From IMG/VR virus record IMGVR_UViG_3300042540_000426: a DNA stretch of 20,000 nt, one strand, 5' to 3'. The stretch is from an uncultured virus (IMG/VR IMGVR_UViG_3300042540_000426). Its lineage: Duplodnaviria; Heunggongvirae; Uroviricota; Caudoviricetes. Shown piece by piece: positions 15,512 to 20,000 of this stretch; positions within the stretch are counted from its first letter, which is position 1; the number at the start of each line of letters is the position of its first letter. Under the pieces are notes generated by a model. The model was not told the origin of the DNA, did no database searches, and worked only from the letters and a program-made list of their open reading frames with translations. The position numbers and the translations under genes were made by a program.

Positions 15512-15729
15512 ATAAAGAAGAAGCATACAAGATTGTGCAAGACGCGCTACATCAATGCACCGTCAAAGAAGCGCAGCACTGCGCGGTTGTTGTAATAGTC
15601 AACGAAAAAACTAGCACAGTCAAAGTCTATGGGTTGAACATCGACGAGATGGAAGTGCCGTCGCTTTTACTAGAAGCCGCTCAACAAGTGGCTGAGGGTT
15701 TTGATACAGAAGGGAGAACGCTGCAATGA
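15508..15729 (+). CDS. Hypothetical protein (73 aa)
   Basis: ATGA-coupled at both ends. Confidence 0.75.
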   Translation: MNKEEAYKIVQDALHQCTVKEAQHCAVVVIVNEKTSTVKVYGLNIDEMEVPSLLLEAAQQVAEGFDTEGRTLQ

Positions 15730-15944
15730 AAACACCATACAACAACGGTAAGGTAAGTATCGGCTCAACATGGTACTTAAATAAAATAATAAACCCGCCA
15801 TACGTAGAGTATGACGACAACATGCTAGAACTACAAAGCTACTTGATTCAAGACCCACGCGTGTTAAACAAAGAGTATTGGGCAAAGCGTATATACGTTG
15901 CTGTGCTCTTGTTCATTTGCACCATCATCTTAATGGCACACTAA
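15726..15944 (+). CDS. Hypothetical protein with a C-terminal transmembrane helix
   Basis: ATGA overlap; IYVAVLLFICTIILM tail. Confidence 0.7.
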   Translation: MKTPYNNGKVSIGSTWYLNKIINPPYVEYDDNMLELQSYLIQDPRVLNKEYWAKRIYVAVLLFICTIILMAH

Positions 15945-15946
15945 CC

Positions 15947-16108
15947 ATGTACTTAATATACGACGAGGACAAAGAACTAATGCGCACAGTTGCTAGGCAA
16001 GAAGAAGCTAGGCAAATAGTTGAACAACGTGAGGGCTGGACATTCAAGTGTGTGCGCATGCCTGTAGCCAAGCCCGATTTATCTCAACTAGGGGAGGCAC
16101 CATTTTGA
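15947..16108 (+). CDS. Small hypothetical protein (53 aa)
   Basis: MYLIYDEDKELMR...LGEAPF; starts 2 nt after the previous stop codon. Confidence 0.65.
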   Translation: MYLIYDEDKELMRTVARQEEARQIVEQREGWTFKCVRMPVAKPDLSQLGEAPF

Positions 16109-16284
16109 TTACGACCATAGTTAACTTACTAATACTTTTCGTGGCTACGTTTGCCATGGTAATTTTTATGCTTGTGTTTGGTTTCTTCGTGTTCATTATG
16201 ATTGCCTGTACTTATATTGGGTGGAACGAGATCAAAGACAAATCAATTAGCAGTATTTGGAAACGAATTCAAAAGGAGCAGTAA
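16105..16284 (+). CDS. Small membrane protein (59 aa)
   Basis: TTG start overlapping the previous stop, GGGGAGG RBS, long hydrophobic stretch. Confidence 0.6.
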   Translation: MITTIVNLLILFVATFAMVIFMLVFGFFVFIMIACTYIGWNEIKDKSISSIWKRIQKEQ

Positions 16285-17061
16285 ATGTTAGAAAATGTAG
16301 AAGCAACAGAACCAAAGAAACCCGCCATATTATTTGTAGCTACACCAATGTATGGTGGTATGTGTGTAGGTGGATACACCATGGGTATCTTGAACTGCAC
16401 TCAAGTGTTTATGCAGAACAACGTCAAGATGTACTACTCGTATATGATGAATGAGTCGTTGATTACCCGCGCGCGTAACGGATTAGCTTACGACTTCCTA
16501 TCAACACCCGACGCAACCCACCTAATGTTTATTGATGCGGACATAAGCTTTAACCCCGCCGACATCGTGCGCATGATTAACGCCGACAAAGACATCATCT
16601 GTGGTCTGTATCCCAAGAAAGAAATCAACTGGCAGTTAGTATCGGATGCGGTCAAGCGGGGTGTGGACTACAAAGACTTGCCAAACTACACAGGGTCGTT
16701 TGTAGTTAACCTAGTGGGCGGTGCAATGGAGACCACAGGCAACATCAATGAGCCGATGGAGATCGACAACGGCGGCACAGGATTTATGTTGATTAAACGG
16801 GGGGTATTTGAGGCACTCAAAGACAAGGTGCCAACCTATACCAACGACATGATTCTTATTATTGACAAAAACCCACAGAAGAAAATCATCCATGAATATT
16901 TTGCAACTAGTATCGACGAGACATCCAACCGTTTGCTTTCTGAGGATTATCACTTCTGCAAACTGGCTAGACAGAATGGCTTTAAGGTATATGCGGCGCC
17001 TTGGGCTCAACTAACCCATAGCGGTACGTACAACTTCAGCGGCACACTGCCAAGGGGGTGA
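16285..17061 (+). CDS. GT-A fold glycosyltransferase-like protein
   Basis: ATPMYGG, ESLITRARN, DxD motif FIDADI, GTGFMLIKR and LSEDYHFC. Confidence 0.8.
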   Translation: MLENVEATEPKKPAILFVATPMYGGMCVGGYTMGILNCTQVFMQNNVKMYYSYMMNESLITRARNGLAYDFLSTPDATHLMFIDADISFNPADIVRMINADKDIICGLYPKKEINWQLVSDAVKRGVDYKDLPNYTGSFVVNLVGGAMETTGNINEPMEIDNGGTGFMLIKRGVFEALKDKVPTYTNDMILIIDKNPQKKIIHEYFATSIDETSNRLLSEDYHFCKLARQNGFKVYAAPWAQLTHSGTYNFSGTLPRG

Positions 17062-17062
17062 G

Positions 17063-17245
17063 ATGAAAAAAGTAACAAGAAAAGAATTAGTAGACAACGT
17101 ACTTAGCCCTGCATTTAAAAACGAAAATTTTGAAGATGTGTTGGGAGAAATAATTATTCGTTTACGTGCGGATTATCCAGAGGTTGCAAAAGGGCTTATG
17201 GATGCGGCTAAAGAAACACACAGAAAGCTAAAAGATGCTACCTAA
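17063..17245 (+). CDS. Small hypothetical protein (60 aa)
   Basis: Fills the gap between the glycosyltransferase and methyltransferase genes; AGGGGGTG upstream. Confidence 0.65.
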   Translation: MKKVTRKELVDNVLSPAFKNENFEDVLGEIIIRLRADYPEVAKGLMDAAKETHRKLKDAT

Positions 17246-17951
17246 CTGCGAACTACTTAAAGTCGACGGCACACAGTTTCTCATCTTTAAAGGGCAAGAC
17301 CTGATCTCAAACTATTTGAGAAAAGACCTGTACGAGAACGACATACATCAGATATGCCTCAAGCTTTTGGTTAATGACGAGGTGGGTACAGTGCTAGACA
17401 TCGGCGCTAACCTTGGATCGTTTTGCCTACCGCTTGCTAGGAAAATATCAAAGCACACATATCACGCGTTTGAACCGCAACGTATTGTGTACTACCAACT
17501 TTGTGGCAACGCGTTCATAAATGGCTTGGACAATGTGCACTGCCATAACTTTGGGCTATCTAACAAGCGTGATCGCTTTGAGATTGAGATGCCTGACTAT
17601 GCAAAGGAAACCAACATCGGGGCGTTTAGCATTGACGAAGATACACGTGCCAACGACTACGAGTGTGCGACTGTGGGCAAAGTTGAACCCATGGTTGTAT
17701 TCCCGCTAGACGACGGGCAACACAAGAACGTGCGCTTGATAAAAATTGACGTTGAGGGTCACGAACTTGAGGTTATCAAAGGTGCGGTAAAAACTCTCAA
17801 ACAAAACAACTACCCACCGATTATCTTTGAGGCATGGACATGGAAGCCTTGGTATCAAGAGAAGCGCAAAGATTTGTTTGAATATCTGCAAGGTATGGGA
17901 TACGAGATCAAAGCAATGGGTCAGAATAATTTAGCCGTAAGGAAAAAATGA
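17235..17951 (+). CDS. FkbM-family SAM-dependent methyltransferase
   Basis: LDIGANLG, AFEPQ, IKIDVEGHELEVIKGA and PIIFE motifs. Confidence 0.9.
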   Translation: MLPNCELLKVDGTQFLIFKGQDLISNYLRKDLYENDIHQICLKLLVNDEVGTVLDIGANLGSFCLPLARKISKHTYHAFEPQRIVYYQLCGNAFINGLDNVHCHNFGLSNKRDRFEIEMPDYAKETNIGAFSIDEDTRANDYECATVGKVEPMVVFPLDDGQHKNVRLIKIDVEGHELEVIKGAVKTLKQNNYPPIIFEAWTWKPWYQEKRKDLFEYLQGMGYEIKAMGQNNLAVRKK

Positions 17952-19924
17952 GCGCACCATTTGAACGCATGCTCGTGATTGATTTTGAAACACGTTGGGA
18001 TAGTAAGTCCTACACGCTATCAAAGCTGACCACCGAGCAGTACGTACGCCACTCGCAGTTCAAAGCGTTTGGTCTAGCGTATAAAGATTTGGCAGATGAA
18101 GAGCCTCCTGTATGGGTGTCGCACGATGACATTCCTGCATGGGTCGAGTCGATTGATTGGGATACTACGGCAGTGGTGGCACACAACGCACAGTTCGACG
18201 TAGCTATTCTCTCTTGGGTGTATGGCGCTAAGCCATGCTTTGTCTTTGACACGCTGTCTATGGCTCGTGCGCTGTTTGGTGTAGAAGGCGGCAACAGTTT
18301 GGCTAAGCTTGCTGAGCGGTATAAGCTACCGCCCAAGGGCGAGGCAATCAACAGTAGCAACGGCTTGGCGGATTTGTCGTATGAAGTAGAGCAAGAACTT
18401 GCAGAGTATTGCAAGCACGACGTAACGCTTTGCCAACAGATATTGGAGAAGTTAGCCATGGAAGTAGAGGGCGGCTACCCAGTTAAAGAGTTAAAGCTCA
18501 TTGACATGACGCTCAAAATGTTTATTAACCCTGTGCTTGAACTTGATAAGGAGATGCTAAGTGAGGCTATCGAGGAAGAGAAAGAAAAGCGTGAAGCTTT
18601 GCTTGAAAAAATTGGGGTGGAAGAGAAAGCGCTTGCAAGCAACGACCAGTTTGCAGATGTATTGCTTGGGCTTGGAGTTACGCCACCGAAGAAAGTTAGC
18701 AAGACGACAGGTAAAGAAGCGTATGCGTTTGCCAAGAACGACGCTCTATTCCAAGCGTTACTCAACTCCGATAATGAAGATGTATCGCTCATCTGTGAGG
18801 CGCGTCTTAAAGTTAAAAGCACGCTTGAGCGCACAAGAGCGCAACGCTTTGTGGACATTGCGGGACGAGGTACGCTCCCTGTTCCGCTCCATTACTACGG
18901 CGCTCACACCGGTCGTTGGTCTGCGTCCAAGGGTTCGGGGCTTAATCTACAGAACCTCAAGCGGGGGTCTTTCTTACGCAAAAGTATCTGTGCGCCGGAG
19001 GGTTACACCCTCGTTGTATGCGACCTTTCGCAAATTGAACCAAGGGTTCTTGCGTACCTCGCGGACTACCAACCCCTACTGGAAATCTTTGCATCGGGAC
19101 AAGACGCATATGCGGCGTTTGGTGCGCAGATGTTCGGTATCCCTGGACTTAACAAGAAAGACCACGCAGACCTCAGACAGTCAGCCAAGTCCGCTCTACT
19201 CGGATGTGGGTATGGCATGGGTTGGGCTTCATTCTCTGCACAGTTACTTACAGGCTTTCTAGGCGCACCACCCACACGCTACGACAAAGCGTTTGCCAAG
19301 CAGTTGGGGGTAACTTCACAAGACATCGCTGACTTCCTTGGTTGGGAGAAAAACCTTGAGATGATGGCGGGTATACCACGCACTTGCACAGATGATGAGT
19401 TGTTGGTGCACTGCGTGTCTGCTAAAAAGATTATCGACATCTACCGAAGCAGAGCAAGAGAAGTTGTTAGCTTTTGGGATTTGTGTGGTGGGCTAATTAA
19501 GCACAGCTTAGCTGACGGAAAAGAATACACGCACAAGTGCTTGACATTTTCTAAAGAAAGCATAAGATTACCAAGTGGGTTGTCTTTACGATACCCTGAC
19601 TTAACTGGTTCGGCTGATGAAAAAGGTCGTGTTCAGTGGCATTATGGCGTCGATAAAAAGAAGCTATACGGCGGTAAGGTAGTAGAAAACGTGGTGCAAG
19701 CAGTTGCACGTTGCGTCATGACAGACGGCATGCTCAGGATACAAAAGAGGTATTCCTGCGTATTAACCGTTCACGATGAGGTTGTAGTGTTAGTTCCCGA
19801 GGACGAAGCCAAAGAAGCAGAGGCTTGGGTTTTAGAGCAGATGGTGGCAGACCCACCATATATGAAAGGAATCCCGCTTGATGCGGAAACAGGCTGTAAC
19901 AAACGATATGGAGAAGCAAAATGA
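17948..19924 (+). CDS. polA: Family A DNA polymerase with 3'-5' exonuclease
   Basis: Exo I DFET, Exo II HNAQFD, Exo III YCKHD; TGRWS, NLQNL, motif A DLSQIEPR, motif B RQSAKSALLGCGYG, motif C VHDE. Confidence 0.95.
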   Translation: MSAPFERMLVIDFETRWDSKSYTLSKLTTEQYVRHSQFKAFGLAYKDLADEEPPVWVSHDDIPAWVESIDWDTTAVVAHNAQFDVAILSWVYGAKPCFVFDTLSMARALFGVEGGNSLAKLAERYKLPPKGEAINSSNGLADLSYEVEQELAEYCKHDVTLCQQILEKLAMEVEGGYPVKELKLIDMTLKMFINPVLELDKEMLSEAIEEEKEKREALLEKIGVEEKALASNDQFADVLLGLGVTPPKKVSKTTGKEAYAFAKNDALFQALLNSDNEDVSLICEARLKVKSTLERTRAQRFVDIAGRGTLPVPLHYYGAHTGRWSASKGSGLNLQNLKRGSFLRKSICAPEGYTLVVCDLSQIEPRVLAYLADYQPLLEIFASGQDAYAAFGAQMFGIPGLNKKDHADLRQSAKSALLGCGYGMGWASFSAQLLTGFLGAPPTRYDKAFAKQLGVTSQDIADFLGWEKNLEMMAGIPRTCTDDELLVHCVSAKKIIDIYRSRAREVVSFWDLCGGLIKHSLADGKEYTHKCLTFSKESIRLPSGLSLRYPDLTGSADEKGRVQWHYGVDKKKLYGGKVVENVVQAVARCVMTDGMLRIQKRYSCVLTVHDEVVVLVPEDEAKEAEAWVLEQMVADPPYMKGIPLDAETGCNKRYGEAK

Positions 19925-20000
19925 TGCCAATACCCAAAGAAGTAACGGTCGGTAAGACCAAAATCAAGATCAATCAACCAACGTCGCTTATGGTACGCGG
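19921..20000 (+). CDS. Partial hypothetical protein (runs off the window end)
   Basis: MMPIPKEVTVGKTKIKINQ...; ATGA overlap with the polymerase stop codon; GGAG RBS. Confidence 0.6.
   Translation, partial: MMPIPKEVTVGKTKIKINQPTSLMVR

Noticed and set aside
4095..19977. Minus-strand and alternative-frame ORFs across the early/replication arm (e.g. 4095, 5406, 8865, 14811, 18010, 18561)
   Set aside because: They overlap well-supported, tightly coupled plus-strand genes and show no recognisable motifs.
1..20000. tRNA genes, integrase, introns/inteins or stop-codon recoding
   Set aside because: No cloverleaf or recombinase motifs were seen. terL and polA are continuous and of normal length, and TAA, TAG and TGA all end genes at sensible boundaries.

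Overview
This is a segment of a tailed dsDNA phage genome. A minus-strand packaging operon (small terminase, large terminase, 5' part of the portal) diverges from a long plus-strand early/middle arm. That arm carries small early genes, an AT-rich symmetric origin-like element, an amidoligase plus class II glutamine amidotransferase pair, an AAA+ ATPase / metallopeptidase-vWA / DUF3150-like module, a winged-helix protein, a VRR-NUC-like nuclease, a glycosyltransferase, an FkbM methyltransferase and a family A DNA polymerase (Leu762 type). The most striking signal is non-coding. The divergent intergenic region holds a candidate ~83-nt sRNA with its own extended -10 promoter, a 5' hairpin and an intrinsic terminator. 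Its loop is the reverse complement of a CAAACGA-(spacer)-AGG motif lying on the ribosome-binding sites of at least six phage genes, which suggests a phage-encoded multi-target antisense regulon. Also present are a second promoter-hairpin-terminator unit, three copies of a TTGGGACA-N2-TGTCCCAA palindrome, and an 8-9 kb stretch apparently free of GATC and CCGG. All family assignments come from motif recognition by eye; no database search was run.
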